64,000 bases of DNA from an uncultured Actinomycetes bacterium (GCA_963762075.1 CAVXJC010000006.1:503943-567942); one strand, 5' to 3'. Numbered from the stretch's first letter, positions 38,922-49,861 are shown. Notes: generated by a model not told the origin, from the letters alone. Made by a program: numbers and translations.

Positions 38922-39983
38922 ATGAGGAATGCGTTCCGCCCGTCCATCGCTTGGTTCGGCGCTCGGTTGGCGCTCTCCTTCGTGATGCTGATCGGCGCGG
39001 CGTCGCCGGCGACATCGGCCTTCGTCAACCCCGACGTGGTGAAGGGCACCACGCTGTTCGAGGGCTACGGCTCGGCGACTCACATCGGGTCGCGCAGGCT
39101 TTTCGCATGGTCGAACGAGGTCGGCCGGATCGGCACCGATCTCGCGGCATACGTCGAAACGAACGGCGGCACCCTCACACGCATCAATGCCAGGCGCACG
39201 ACCGCGTACGTGGGCGGTTTCGACCAGGGCACCGATCGGGTGATCTTCCAGCAGACACACGGGGGCGAGTCCGACCTGTTCCTCTACGACATCAGCGACG
39301 ATCGGCGGGTCGCGCTGAAAAGGCTGAACGACGACCAGTGGCAATGGAACCCCTCGATCGACAGCCACCGCGCCACGACTTGGATCGTCTACGGGGTGAA
39401 CCGGTTCGACGGTCCCGCGGCGAAGTGGCGACTCTTCCTCTTCAACGGCGCCACGGGCGAGCGCACCCTGCTCGAAGAGACGACCAACCGATGCGGCTGT
39501 CTGTTCCCGGGCACGATCGCGTACCCGTGGGTCACGTGGGCGGTCGGCGACGACGCGACGGCCTGGCGCTACGACATCCGCACCGGCGAGCGCTCCCCCC
39601 TGCTGCCGACCGATCACGACGAGTACGGCGTGGCGATCACTCCCGAGGGCATCGCCTACGTCGCGCGATCGGGCGATCGGTGCGGTGAGGCCGCCTCGCT
39701 CTACCGCGTGAACCGAAAGGGCGTCCCTTACCTGCTGCACGAGCTCGCCGACGGCAACGAGGCGGCCAACCTGAGCGTGGACTTCATCGGACCCCACGAC
39801 CGGCTGTACTTCGACCGACGCACCTGCCGCAACAGCTCCGCAGACGTGTTGCGCCTGCGGCGCGCGGACCTCGTCGGCGACCCGGCTCGTCCCGCCGCCC
39901 TCACAGCCGGGAACGGACGATCGGGGCCGGGGGGATTCAGGCCGTCGGGAGCCAGCCCGGACGCGTCGCCTCGAACGCGCTGA
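38922..39983 (+). CDS. Secreted hypothetical protein, probably a beta-propeller
   Basis: Signal peptide ending 'ASPATSA'; TolB-like repeats such as 'SDLFLYDI', 'QWNPSID'. Confidence 0.6.
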   Translation: MRNAFRPSIAWFGARLALSFVMLIGAASPATSAFVNPDVVKGTTLFEGYGSATHIGSRRLFAWSNEVGRIGTDLAAYVETNGGTLTRINARRTTAYVGGFDQGTDRVIFQQTHGGESDLFLYDISDDRRVALKRLNDDQWQWNPSIDSHRATTWIVYGVNRFDGPAAKWRLFLFNGATGERTLLEETTNRCGCLFPGTIAYPWVTWAVGDDATAWRYDIRTGERSPLLPTDHDEYGVAITPEGIAYVARSGDRCGEAASLYRVNRKGVPYLLHELADGNEAANLSVDFIGPHDRLYFDRRTCRNSSADVLRLRRADLVGDPARPAALTAGNGRSGPGGFRPSGASPDASPRTR

Positions 39984-40521
39984 TCTTCTCTTCGTTCCGA
40001 AGAGACAAGCCGATGTCGTCGAGGCCCTCGATCAGGCGCCAGTGGGTGAACTCGTCGATGTCGAACGACTCGTCGAGCCCTGGGGCCCGCACGGCGCGAC
40101 CGGGCAGATCGACCACGATACGGGTGGTGGGGTCATCGAGCACGGCGTCCATGAGGGCTCGAACCGACTCGGCTCGCAACTCGATCGGCAGCACCCCGAC
40201 CTTGAAGCAGTTGTTGCGGAAGATGTCGGCGAAGCTCGGTGCGATCACGGCGCGGAACCCGTAGTCCTCGAGCGCCCAGGGGGCGTGCTCTCGGCTGGAG
40301 CCGCTTCCGAAGTTCGCGCCCGTGATCAAGATGCTCGCCCCGTCGAACCGGGGATCGTTGAGCACGAACCCCGGATCCTTGCGCCACTCGTCGAACAGGA
40401 AGGGTCCGAATCCGCTTCGCTCGATGCGCTTCAGGTACTGGGCAGGGATGATCTGGTCCGTGTCGACGTCGGATCGATCCAGCGGCACGGCCGTGCCTTC
40501 GATGACGGCGATCGGTTCCAT
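39937..40521 (-). CDS. leuD: 3-isopropylmalate dehydratase small subunit
   Basis: DVDTDQIIP, NFGSGSSREHA, FADIFRNN. Confidence 0.97.
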   Translation of the reverse strand: MEPIAVIEGTAVPLDRSDVDTDQIIPAQYLKRIERSGFGPFLFDEWRKDPGFVLNDPRFDGASILITGANFGSGSSREHAPWALEDYGFRAVIAPSFADIFRNNCFKVGVLPIELRAESVRALMDAVLDDPTTRIVVDLPGRAVRAPGLDESFDIDEFTHWRLIEGLDDIGLSLRNEEKISAFEATRPGWLPTA

Positions 40522-40525
40522 CGGT

Positions 40526-41947
40526 TCACACCACCTGCCTGACCGGAAGCTCGTCCGGAGTTCCGAACCGACCGAGCACCGCGGTGGCGGCGGCGACGGC
40601 GGGACTCACCAGATGGGTGCGCCCACCCTTTCCCTGGCGCCCCTCGAAGTTGCGGTTGCTCGTGCTCGCACTGCGCTCGCCAGGGGCAAGGGTATCGGGG
40701 TTCATGCCCAGGCACATCGAGCAGCCTGCTCCGCGCCAATCGAACCCGGCCTCGGTGAATACCACGTCGAGGCCCTCCCGTTCGGCTTGGATCTTCACGG
40801 CAACGCTGCCAGGAACCACCAGTGCTCGCAGGTTCGAGGCGACCTTCCGCCCACCCACGACCTCTGCCGCGAGCCGCAGATCCTCGATGCGCGAATTCGT
40901 GCACGAGCCGAGGAACACCGTGTCGGGTCGGATCTCGCGCATGGGCGTGCCGGGCGTGAGGTCCATGTACGCGAGCGCCCTCGAGGCCGCGTCGCGCTTG
41001 GCCGGCTCGGCGAAGCTGTCGGGCTCGGGGACGACCTGGTCGATCGTCACCGACTGGGCAGGATTCGTGCCCCAGCTCACGAACGGCTTGAGAGAGGTCG
41101 CGTCGAGCTCGACCTCGGCGTCGAAGGTCGCGTCCAGGTCGCTCGGCAACGAGCGCCAATCGTCGAGCGCGGCTTCCCAGTCGGAACCCGTGGGCGCGTG
41201 GGGGCGACCCTCGACGTAGGCGAACGTCGTGTCGTCCGGTGCGACCATACCGGCGCGCGCCCCACCTTCGATCGACATGTTGCAGATCGTCATGCGACCT
41301 TCCATCGACAGCGCCCTGATTGCGGTGCCCCGGTACTCGATCACGTGGCCGACGCCGCCACTCGTGCCGATGCGGTTGATGATGGCGAGGATGATGTCCT
41401 TCGCGCTCACACCCTCCGGAAGCTCTCCCTCGACGGTCACGGCCATGGTCTTGGCGGGGTGTTGGGGAAGCGTCTGCGTCGCGAGCACGTGCTCGACCTC
41501 GCTCGTGCCGATGCCGAACGCGAGCGCACCGAAGGCACCGTGGGTCGATGTATGGGAGTCGCCGCAAACGATCGTCATGCCGGGCTGGGTGTAGCCCATC
41601 TCTGGTCCGATCACGTGCACGATGCCCTGCCCGGCCCCTCCCCAGGGATAGAGCGTGACCCCGAACTCGTCAGCGTTGGTCTGCAGGGCATGCATCTGCC
41701 TCGCGCTTATCTCGTCGGTCACCGGTCCCTCGGTCGTGGGCACGTTGTGGTCCATCGTGGCGACGGTGAGGTCGGGGCGACGGACCGTGCGACCGTGCAT
41801 GCGCAAGCTCTCGAACGCCTGTGGGCTCGTCACCTCGTGCACGAGGTGCAGGTCGACGTAGAGCAAATCGGGCTCGCCCTCGGCACGATGAACGACATGG
41901 CGTTCCCATACCTTCTCCGCCAACGTCTGCGGTGAGCTCTCGGGCAT
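40526..41947 (-). CDS. leuC: 3-isopropylmalate dehydratase large subunit
   Basis: [41 protein letters not shown]; ATG at 41947. Confidence 0.97.
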   Translation of the reverse strand: MPESSPQTLAEKVWERHVVHRAEGEPDLLYVDLHLVHEVTSPQAFESLRMHGRTVRRPDLTVATMDHNVPTTEGPVTDEISARQMHALQTNADEFGVTLYPWGGAGQGIVHVIGPEMGYTQPGMTIVCGDSHTSTHGAFGALAFGIGTSEVEHVLATQTLPQHPAKTMAVTVEGELPEGVSAKDIILAIINRIGTSGGVGHVIEYRGTAIRALSMEGRMTICNMSIEGGARAGMVAPDDTTFAYVEGRPHAPTGSDWEAALDDWRSLPSDLDATFDAEVELDATSLKPFVSWGTNPAQSVTIDQVVPEPDSFAEPAKRDAASRALAYMDLTPGTPMREIRPDTVFLGSCTNSRIEDLRLAAEVVGGRKVASNLRALVVPGSVAVKIQAEREGLDVVFTEAGFDWRGAGCSMCLGMNPDTLAPGERSASTSNRNFEGRQGKGGRTHLVSPAVAAATAVLGRFGTPDELPVRQVV

Positions 41948-41999
41948 GCGCTCGGTCCTCCGTGCTCTCGAGGAGCCTCTGGTGTGGTCCTCGGACGTT

Positions 42000-42037
42000 G
42001 TTCCACGATGTGGAACTGTGATACCGATATATGGAAC
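42000..42037. promoter_or_regulatory. Putative IclR-family operator between leuC and its regulator
   Basis: Palindrome GTTCCAC-gat-GTGGAAC (42000-42016) plus a weaker second site ending ATGGAAC (42031-42037). Confidence 0.7.
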
Positions 42038-42820
42038 ATGAAGGTAACAGATGCCCATGGAAGCCGCGACATCGCCGAGACCGCCGTCGGCGTGGTCGAC
42101 CGCTGCGTCGCCGTTGTCGATGCGGTCCAGCACGGCGCTCGGTCGCACGCGGCAGTCGCGGCAGCCACGGGGCTGCCTCGCACGACGGCACACAGGCTCC
42201 TCAACTCCCTCGAGCAACACGGCCTGATCGAGCAGATCGGGGGATGGGGATACCGCCTCGGGCCGCGCCTGCTGCAGATCGCGGGCGCCGCGATGCAGGA
42301 ACCGAGTCTTCGTGCGGTCGCACATCCGGTGCTCGAGCGCTTGGCGGAGATCACCGGTGAAAGCGCCCAGCTCTACGTGCGATCGCTCGAGGGACGGATC
42401 TGCGTCGACGGCGTCCAATCGTCGAACGAGCTGAGGACCTTCGTGCAGATCGGTGCCGAGCTGCCCGTCTGGGCAGGCTCAGCGGGCAAGGTGTTCATGG
42501 CGTGGACGGCTGAACCAGCCCGCAGCGAGCTCGTGGCGCGAGCCCGAGCGATCACCCCGGAGACCCCCGTCGGGGGCAGGCTCCGCCAGCAGCTCGCCAC
42601 AGCCCGCCGCCGGGGCTGGGCGTCGAGCGCCGGCGAGCGAGAAAGAGGCGTGGGCTCGCTCAGCGTCCCGGTCCTCGGCCGACACGAGGAACTGATCGCC
42701 GTCGTCTCGATCTCGGGTCCGACCTCACGCGTCTCGCGGATCGGTGCGAAACGCTATGCCCCGGCCGTCATCGCCGCCGCCAACGAGATAGAGGCTGCCC
42801 TCGGCATAGCGCGGAGCTGA
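42038..42820 (+). CDS. IclR family regulator (NdgR/LtbR-like), divergent from leuCD
   Basis: HTH '[12 protein letters not shown]', [19 protein letters not shown]. Confidence 0.92.
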   Translation: MKVTDAHGSRDIAETAVGVVDRCVAVVDAVQHGARSHAAVAAATGLPRTTAHRLLNSLEQHGLIEQIGGWGYRLGPRLLQIAGAAMQEPSLRAVAHPVLERLAEITGESAQLYVRSLEGRICVDGVQSSNELRTFVQIGAELPVWAGSAGKVFMAWTAEPARSELVARARAITPETPVGGRLRQQLATARRRGWASSAGERERGVGSLSVPVLGRHEELIAVVSISGPTSRVSRIGAKRYAPAVIAAANEIEAALGIARS

Positions 42821-42845
42821 CCACCTCGCGTAAGCTCGGGCGCAC

Positions 42846-44417
42846 ATGTCTCGAGTACAGGCCCTGCAGCGCACGGTGGACGGATGGCTCACAGGCGGCC
42901 GCGCCGTCAGGGCATCGATCGCGACCTTCACTGCCGTGGCGCTCATCTCCGCCACGCCCAGCTCGCCGTTCCACCCCGTGTTACCCGAGAGCCAAGGCAA
43001 CGGGCCATTCGGCGTGATCGCTCACGTGCTGTTCCTCGACCGGCTGCCGCATGGCATGTTGATCGGGATCGGCTTCATCGCGATGATCGCGGCGGGGGTC
43101 GCCTTCTTGCTTCTGCTCTGGTCGGCTGAAAGAGGCGACGTGTCCACCAAGACGGTCGTCACCCTCGCGTTGATCTACCACTTCGTGGTGCTGCTGTTGC
43201 CGCTGCTCCTCTCGCGCGATGTCTTCAGCTATGCGATCTACGGGCGCATCTTGAGTCGGTACGGTCAGAACCCCTATGTCAGCACGCCGGCCGACTTCCC
43301 CGCCAACGACATCTCACGGTTCGTCTGGGACGGCTGGCGCGACACCCCTTCGGTCTACGGGCCGGTCTTCGTGTGGCTCGCCGCCGCGATCACCGCGGTG
43401 TTCCGCGGGTTGGTCGATGTCATCGAGGCGTTCCGGGCCGTGGCGGTGGCGGCGAGTCTCGGGTCGCTCTGGTTCGTCGTTCGGCTCGTGGGAAGGGTGC
43501 GGCCGAGCCGGCAGGCGTATGCGGCCGCGATGCTCGGGCTCAATCCGGTGGTGCTGTTCCACACCGTCGGGGGTGGGCATGTCGATGTGCTCGTGATGCT
43601 TGCCGTGGCGGCGGCGATCTACCTCGTCGCCACTCAGCGGGAACTGCCCGCAACGGTCGTGCTGAGCGTCGGAGCATTGGTGAAGATCTCGGCGGCCGTG
43701 CCACTCGCGCTCCTGATCGCGTACGTGGTCACCCGCGCCGAGCCGTCACGCCGCTGGAAGGTCGCCGGCGCCCATATCTGCACCGCTCTGGGCATCGCGT
43801 TCATCGCCGTCGTGCCGTTCATGCAGCGGTCGAACCCCACCCTGGGCATGATGGATCTGATGCAACACGACTCGTGGATCGCGCCACCCGCATTGGTCGA
43901 GCGCCTCTTCGAGGGAGTGGGAACAGTGGTCGCGGGAGATCTCGGCGGCACGGCAGGAGTGGTGGTCGCGCGGATCGGCATGTTCGCGGCACTCGCTGCC
44001 GGACTCTTCACGATCATGCGCCAGGTGGTGCGCCACGCGGGCGAGGGATCGGTCTCGTTCCTAGCGGCCGCGTGGGGGTGGTCCTTCCTGCTCATGATGC
44101 TGTTCTCGCCCACGCTGTTCCCTTGGTACTTCGCCTGGATGCTGCCGGTGGCCTGGGCGCTTCCACGAGTGCCTCGTCGCACGCTCGAACTCTCGTTCAT
44201 CGCGCTCGTCACGGCGCAGCTCACGACCGAGAACTTCCGGCTTCCTGATTGGATGCACGTCGACCTGGCGATCGGGCATCCCATCTTGGTGATCGTGCTC
44301 GTGTGGTTCCTGCGCGATCTCTACCTGCGCCTCACCCATGATGTGCCGCTCGACGCCGAGACCGAAGAGGTGCTGTTGGCGCGGGCCGAGGCGAGGCCAC
44401 CCGCCTACCAGGCGTAG
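42846..44417 (+). CDS. GT-C polyprenyl-phosphate-mannose-dependent mannosyltransferase (MptA/MptB-like)
   Basis: LLSRDVFSY, NPY..TP, PSVYGP, GGGHVD, PWY; many TM helices. Confidence 0.8.
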   Translation: MSRVQALQRTVDGWLTGGRAVRASIATFTAVALISATPSSPFHPVLPESQGNGPFGVIAHVLFLDRLPHGMLIGIGFIAMIAAGVAFLLLLWSAERGDVSTKTVVTLALIYHFVVLLLPLLLSRDVFSYAIYGRILSRYGQNPYVSTPADFPANDISRFVWDGWRDTPSVYGPVFVWLAAAITAVFRGLVDVIEAFRAVAVAASLGSLWFVVRLVGRVRPSRQAYAAAMLGLNPVVLFHTVGGGHVDVLVMLAVAAAIYLVATQRELPATVVLSVGALVKISAAVPLALLIAYVVTRAEPSRRWKVAGAHICTALGIAFIAVVPFMQRSNPTLGMMDLMQHDSWIAPPALVERLFEGVGTVVAGDLGGTAGVVVARIGMFAALAAGLFTIMRQVVRHAGEGSVSFLAAAWGWSFLLMMLFSPTLFPWYFAWMLPVAWALPRVPRRTLELSFIALVTAQLTTENFRLPDWMHVDLAIGHPILVIVLVWFLRDLYLRLTHDVPLDAETEEVLLARAEARPPAYQA

Positions 44418-45376
44418 GCCTCAGGCGCGGGACCCCCGGGACCCGGGAAGATCTCGTCGAGCTTCGCCAGCACCTCGTGGTCGAGCTTGATGTCGAGGGC
44501 ATGCATCGCGTGCAACAGCTGCTCCTCGGTGCGCGGGCCGATGATCGGCGCGGTGACGGCCGGCTGGTGCAGCAACCACGCCAGCGCGACGTGCGCAGGA
44601 TCTTCTCCGAGCTCGGCGCAGAGCGCTTCCCATGGTTCGAGCTTCGAGCGGTTCGCTTCGATCTCGCCGCGCATGTACTCGGTGTCGCGACGGCCTTCGC
44701 CGACCTTCCTCAGTGCACCCGCGAGCAAGCCACCCGACAGAGGGCTCCACGGGATAAGCCCCATCCCGTATTCCTGCACCGCCGGGATCACCTCGAGCTC
44801 GAGCGTGCGGGCGCTCAGGTTGTACAGCGACTGCTCGGTCGCGAGGCCGAGCGAACCGCGGTCGCGTGCGATCTCGTTGCCGCGCGCGATGTGCCAACCG
44901 GCGAAATTCGATGAGCCAACATAGAGGATCTTGCCGGTGCGCTTCAGCTGCTCCATCGCTTCCCAGATCTCGTCCCACCACGCGTTGCGGTCGATGTGGT
45001 GCATCTGATACAGGTCGATTCGATCGGTGCCGAGGCGGCGAAGCGACTCCTCGCATTGGCGAACGATCGCGAGCTTCGACAGGCGCGCCTCGTTGGGCCA
45101 GTCCCCCATCGTGCCGTACACCTTCGTGGCCAGCACGACCTTGTCGCGGCGACCACCCCCCTTGGCCACCCAGCGTCCGATGATCTCCTCGGTCGCCCCC
45201 ACACCGAGGTGGCGCCCGTACACGTTGGCCGTGTCGAAGAAGTTGATGCCGTTGGCGATCGCCGCGTCCATGATCGTGAGCGAATCGGGTTCGGACGCGT
45301 GCGGCCCGAAGTTCATGGTGCCGAGGCAGAGACGTGAGACGACCAGCCCGAGTCGTCCGACGTGGGTGTATTCCAT
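44405..45376 (-). CDS. Aldo/keto reductase
   Basis: LGTMNFG, DTANVYG, SLRRLGTDRIDLYQMH, WSPLSGG. Confidence 0.95.
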   Translation of the reverse strand: MEYTHVGRLGLVVSRLCLGTMNFGPHASEPDSLTIMDAAIANGINFFDTANVYGRHLGVGATEEIIGRWVAKGGGRRDKVVLATKVYGTMGDWPNEARLSKLAIVRQCEESLRRLGTDRIDLYQMHHIDRNAWWDEIWEAMEQLKRTGKILYVGSSNFAGWHIARGNEIARDRGSLGLATEQSLYNLSARTLELEVIPAVQEYGMGLIPWSPLSGGLLAGALRKVGEGRRDTEYMRGEIEANRSKLEPWEALCAELGEDPAHVALAWLLHQPAVTAPIIGPRTEEQLLHAMHALDIKLDHEVLAKLDEIFPGPGGPAPEAYAW

Positions 45377-45386
45377 GCGCGCCAGT

Positions 45387-46673
45387 TTACGTCGAGGCCG
45401 CTGTACGCCCTGGGACTGCCTCCGGCTCGGCGAGCCGTCCGTCGCGCTCCGGATCTCGCGCTCCGCGAACGAACATGAACGCGATCGTGATGACCGCGCC
45501 GAGCACACCCGCGCCGATCAGCGTGGCATCGACGCCGAAGGCCGAGGCCAACGGTCCGACGATCGCGAACGAGAGCGGCACCCCCGCGATCGAGATCATC
45601 CAGTCGAGGCTGATCACGCGTCCGAGCAGATGCCGGGGGACGAGGCGCTGCAGCATCGTGTACCAGAGCACGACCAGCAGCGCGATCGATCCTTCCGCGA
45701 TGAAGCCGAACACCATCGCCTGCCAGATCGCGGTCGCCACGCCGAAGCCTGCGGTCATCAGCATGCCAACGGCCCATGCCACGTACATGATGGTGAGCGG
45801 ACGGCGCGGCAGGGTTCCCCGCTGACCCATCGTGAGGCCGACGAGCACCGATCCGAGGCCGCCTGCGCCGAATACGAGTCCGAGCGCGATCTCGTCGCCG
45901 TGAAGATCGTTCGTCACCACGTAGGGCACCAGCACCTCCCACGGTCCCCAGACGCAGAGCAGGCTCACGGTGGCGGCGACCAAGGCTGCCCAGATCCACG
46001 TCTGACCGCGCACGTACCGGATGCCTTCGCCGATCTCGGCCCATAGACCCGCTGATTCGCCTTCGTTCGAGACGTGCCTGGTTCGGATCGAGAAGATCAT
46101 CGCTGCCGACCAAGCGAACGTGACGCCGTCGACGAGGAAGGCACCACCCACGCCGATGAGTCCGCTCAAGACACCACCGATGACAGGGCCGAGGAACAAC
46201 ATCGAAGCGGGGCGAACGATCTGCGCGAGGGAGTTCGCCTCGACGAGCAGGTCCTCCGGCACGATCGTCGGAAGGATCGACGAGAACGCCGGTTGGAAGA
46301 TCGCCTGTCCGGCGCCGAACAAGACCACGAGCCCGAGGAGCAGGGGCATCGTCAGCTCACCGGCGATCGACAGCAGGCCGATCGCGCTGATCGTTCCGAG
46401 TCGGATCAGGTCGCCGGCGATCATGAGCCGGCGCCGATCCAGCCGGTCGGAGAGGGCGCCACTCGCGAGCATCAGCACGACCTGTGGAGCGCTCCAGGCG
46501 AGTCCCACCATGGCCAGAGCGCTCGGGCCTTCCGATATCTCGAACACCTGCAACGCCATCGCCACGACGTAGATGCCGTCGCCGACCATCGAGACCGTCA
46601 TGCCGATCCACAGCAGACGGAAATCGCGGATCGCGAGCGGACGAACGACACCGAGTCGATGCAACTGGCTCAC
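45387..46673 (-). CDS. MFS transporter (DHA3/MFS_3-like)
   Basis: DFRLLW, GALSDRLDRRRLM motif A, about 12 TM helices. Confidence 0.9.
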   Translation of the reverse strand: MSQLHRLGVVRPLAIRDFRLLWIGMTVSMVGDGIYVVAMALQVFEISEGPSALAMVGLAWSAPQVVLMLASGALSDRLDRRRLMIAGDLIRLGTISAIGLLSIAGELTMPLLLGLVVLFGAGQAIFQPAFSSILPTIVPEDLLVEANSLAQIVRPASMLFLGPVIGGVLSGLIGVGGAFLVDGVTFAWSAAMIFSIRTRHVSNEGESAGLWAEIGEGIRYVRGQTWIWAALVAATVSLLCVWGPWEVLVPYVVTNDLHGDEIALGLVFGAGGLGSVLVGLTMGQRGTLPRRPLTIMYVAWAVGMLMTAGFGVATAIWQAMVFGFIAEGSIALLVVLWYTMLQRLVPRHLLGRVISLDWMISIAGVPLSFAIVGPLASAFGVDATLIGAGVLGAVITIAFMFVRGARDPERDGRLAEPEAVPGRTAAST

Positions 46674-46711
46674 GGTTCCGAGGCCCTCACGCTGTCGACC
46701 TTCCCGATCCC

Positions 46712-47221
46712 TCAGTCCCAGAGGTCGATCTGCGGCAGCCCCGAGAGCCCGAGCGTCTCGTTCAGCTCAGCGACGTGGTAGACGTCGTGGCTGAAGACCC
46801 GCTGGATCACCGAGCCGCGGGTGTATGTGCGCTCCTCATCGCCCCATGCGCGACGGATCTCCTCGTCGAGCATGTCCAGGGTCCATCGGTCGAGGCAGCC
46901 CTCGACGATGCGGAAGGTTGACTCGAGCGCCTCGACGAGCTGCCGGGCGTCGAGCACGTGCTCGAGGTCGTCGTCTCCCGGACAGTCGTACGCGGCGTTC
47001 GTGAAGCGCGTTGCCTCTGCGCCTGGCTCGCCGGCGAAGTCACAGAGCCAGAACACTCGCTGACAGGCGGCGTGGCCTATGCTCGCCCAGATCGGCCAGC
47101 GTTCGGGCGAGAGGCTGATAGCGAGATGTTCCTCGGTCATCGCCCCGACGGAATCGCTGAGGAGCTTGTTGTACCAGGGCCACTTACTGAAGGCGGGGCG
47201 GATGATGGTGGACGTGCTCAT
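46712..47221 (-). CDS. DinB family protein
   Basis: 'IGH' and 'HDVYHVAE' His motifs; TATGGT -10 7 nt before ATG 47221. Confidence 0.8.
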   Translation of the reverse strand: MSTSTIIRPAFSKWPWYNKLLSDSVGAMTEEHLAISLSPERWPIWASIGHAACQRVFWLCDFAGEPGAEATRFTNAAYDCPGDDDLEHVLDARQLVEALESTFRIVEGCLDRWTLDMLDEEIRRAWGDEERTYTRGSVIQRVFSHDVYHVAELNETLGLSGLPQIDLWD

Positions 47222-47285
47222 GACGTGCACCATACGCTCCCGGCTGCGTGGGATACCCCTCGCTGCGGAGCCGCGCTGATGAACG

Positions 47286-47360
<75 letters not shown>

Positions 47361-47575
47361 GTTGTGCCTGGCAGCGCAGCATACCGGTCGGAGGAGGTCT
47401 CGGCCATGGCTGAGCATCTGACAGCCCCTGGGCCCGGAGGGCCGGCGGCGACTTTGGCCGCTTGACACGACAGGCAGGCGAGGGGCATGTTGATTGGATG
47501 AGTTGGTCCCCCCGGCCGGCTACACCCAGTTGGCTGTTCTGGCAGGGAACCCATCACGAATGGAGGAGACATCGG

Positions 47576-48295
47576 ATGAGGTTTCGCTCGCTCGTCATCA
47601 CGGCCCTGGCCATTGCATTCCTGTCACCCAGTTCGGCGCTGGCGAACCACCGCAGCCGGCCGGCCGAGATCACCGCGCCGACCTGCAGGCTGCCCGAGTC
47701 TGATGCCGAGGCACTCGAGATACTGAGCAACTACTACCCCGGGTACTGGTGGGATCACACGGACCTGACGATCGCGGTCCAAGCCCACCCGAAAGCGACC
47801 AACAAGCAGGTGAGGGCGATCCATGGTGCCATCGAGACCTGGTCCGACGTCCTGCTTTCCTGCTTCGACGGACTCATCACCCTGACGGATGTCACGGGGT
47901 CCGGGAACAATCCCCAGCAGGCTGCCGACATCGTCGTTCACTACGTCCCACGTGCCGGCGGTGTTGTCTTCGGCGGGTACGCGATCTGCGGCGCCCATGG
48001 ATGCCCGAACATCCTCGTGCGTTCCGACCTTCCCCCAAGCCTCGAGCGCGATCCTTACGAACCCGAGTACCTCGGATGGGTGACACTCCACGAGATCGGA
48101 CATGCGCTTGGACTTGGGCACGCGACCAACCTGCTCGAGAGCATCGACCTGATGGGATATGGCTGGCCCGATCTGGGGGAACCGATCCTGTCCGACTGTG
48201 ACATCGACGCTCTCGCCTTCGTGTTCGCATGGGCACTCGAGGGTAGCGACCCTCATCCGCCAGCGGAGGGTCCCTACGATTGCTCACTCGACTGA
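47576..48295 (+). CDS. Secreted metzincin (matrixin-like) metalloprotease
   Basis: Signal peptide; HEIGHALGLGH zinc motif; Met-turn 'DLM'; GGAGGAG SD. Confidence 0.85.
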   Translation: MRFRSLVITALAIAFLSPSSALANHRSRPAEITAPTCRLPESDAEALEILSNYYPGYWWDHTDLTIAVQAHPKATNKQVRAIHGAIETWSDVLLSCFDGLITLTDVTGSGNNPQQAADIVVHYVPRAGGVVFGGYAICGAHGCPNILVRSDLPPSLERDPYEPEYLGWVTLHEIGHALGLGHATNLLESIDLMGYGWPDLGEPILSDCDIDALAFVFAWALEGSDPHPPAEGPYDCSLD

Positions 48296-48727
48296 TCCCC
48301 TGTCGAGCAGGCGTCCTTGCCCCGAGGGGCCAACCAGTTCGTCCACCAAGAGCCTGACGCGGCCGTCGATCTCATCGCGGATCGGTCGTATCTCTGAGAC
48401 GGACTTTCCTGCTGGGTCGGGTAGCTCCCAGTCCAGGTAACGCTTGCCGGTGAAGATCGGGCAGGCGTCGCCGCATCCCATCGTGATGACGACATCAGCA
48501 GCCTGGACGACTTCGGTGGTGAGCGGTTTCGGGAACTCCTTCGAGAGATCAAGGCCGATCTCATCCATGACCGCGATGACGGCCGGGTTGATCTCATCGG
48601 CGGGAGTGCTTCCGGCCGATCGTACCTGCACTCGACCCTGCGCGTGATGGTCGAGCAATGCCGCTGCCATCTGGGAGCGTCCGGCGTTGTGTACGCACAC
48701 GAAGAGGACCTCAGGGACTTCCTTCAC
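48284..48727 (-). CDS. arsC: Arsenate reductase (LMW-PTP type)
   Basis: FVCVHNAGRSQMA, MGCGDACP, DWELPDP. Confidence 0.92.
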   Translation of the reverse strand: MKEVPEVLFVCVHNAGRSQMAAALLDHHAQGRVQVRSAGSTPADEINPAVIAVMDEIGLDLSKEFPKPLTTEVVQAADVVITMGCGDACPIFTGKRYLDWELPDPAGKSVSEIRPIRDEIDGRVRLLVDELVGPSGQGRLLDRGSVE

Positions 48728-48737
48728 GCCGATCCCC

Positions 48738-49490
48738 TCAGGCTGTGGCCTTCGTCGCTCGGATGTTCGCTCCGTAGATCTCCTCGGCGAGTTCGTGGGT
48801 CACGTCGATGCCGACATCTGTGAACCCCGCGCGCATCAGGCCCTCGGAGTACTCAGACATCGTCAGCGCCCCAGCGATGCACCCGACGTAGCTCCCGCGT
48901 GTGGCGCGTTCGGCTTCGCTCAGACCGTCTGCCGCAACGACGTCGCTGACGCCGACTCGTCCACCGGGACGCAACACTCTGAAGATCTCCTCGAGCACCC
49001 TCGTCTTGTCGGTCGACAGATTGATCACGCAGTTGGAGATGACGACGTCGACGGATGCATCCGGGAGAGGGATGTCTTCGATGTAGCCCTTCAGGAACTC
49101 GACGTTCGTCGCTTCGGCCTTCGCAGCGTTCGCCTTGGCCAGCGCGAGCATCTCGTCAGTCATGTCGAGGCCGTATGCCTTGCCGTCCGGGCCAACCCGC
49201 GTCGCCGAAAGGAGGACGTCGATCCCGCCTCCCGAGCCGAGGTCGAGGACGGTCTCGCCCTCATGCAGGTCAGCGACCATCGTCGGGTTGCCACATCCAA
49301 GGCTCGCGAGGACGGCGTCATCAGGCAATCCTGCCCTTTGGGTCCGGTCGTACAGCACGTGGCCCAAGCCCTTGCCGGGCTCGAAACATCCCGCTTCATC
49401 CTCATCCCAGTCGTTCGCTGCAAAGCCGTCCTCCACCGCCTTCGCGGCAACGGCGTAGCGATCCCGGACACGCTCCCGAAGCTCGCTCAT
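48738..49490 (-). CDS. arsM: Arsenite S-adenosylmethionine methyltransferase
   Basis: [32 protein letters not shown]; ATGA overlap with arsR. Confidence 0.92.
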   Translation of the reverse strand: MSELRERVRDRYAVAAKAVEDGFAANDWDEDEAGCFEPGKGLGHVLYDRTQRAGLPDDAVLASLGCGNPTMVADLHEGETVLDLGSGGGIDVLLSATRVGPDGKAYGLDMTDEMLALAKANAAKAEATNVEFLKGYIEDIPLPDASVDVVISNCVINLSTDKTRVLEEIFRVLRPGGRVGVSDVVAADGLSEAERATRGSYVGCIAGALTMSEYSEGLMRAGFTDVGIDVTHELAEEIYGANIRATKATA

Positions 49491-49855
49491 CCTGCCTTCC
49501 TCCCTCTCGATGGCTCGATCGGCTCCGCGAGCGCCGATCGGAGGAGCTCGATCGGCTCGGGCTGGAGCCAGTAGAAGACCCACCGGCCGCGTTGCTCCCG
49601 ACCCAGGAGACCAGCCTCCGTCAGCACCTTCAGGTGATGGCTCACGGTCGGTTGTGACAACCCGATCGGGGCCGTGAGATCGCAGACACACGCCTCACCA
49701 TTCGGGTTCGCGCCTATCAAGCTCAACAAGCGCAGCCGCGCCGGGTCCGCGAGGACCCGCAGAGCCGCCGCGAGTCGGTCGGCCTCGTCCTCACCCAGGG
49801 GAGCGGCGAGGACTTGGGGGCAACATTCGGCATCGATGACGGCGATCTCTCTCAT
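49487..49855 (-). CDS. arsR: ArsR/SmtB family As(III)-sensing repressor
   Basis: LADPARL, EACVCDL, SQPTVSHHLK; N-terminal CC. Confidence 0.92.
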   Translation of the reverse strand: MREIAVIDAECCPQVLAAPLGEDEADRLAAALRVLADPARLRLLSLIGANPNGEACVCDLTAPIGLSQPTVSHHLKVLTEAGLLGREQRGRWVFYWLQPEPIELLRSALAEPIEPSRGRKAG

Positions 49856-49861
49856 GGGAAT

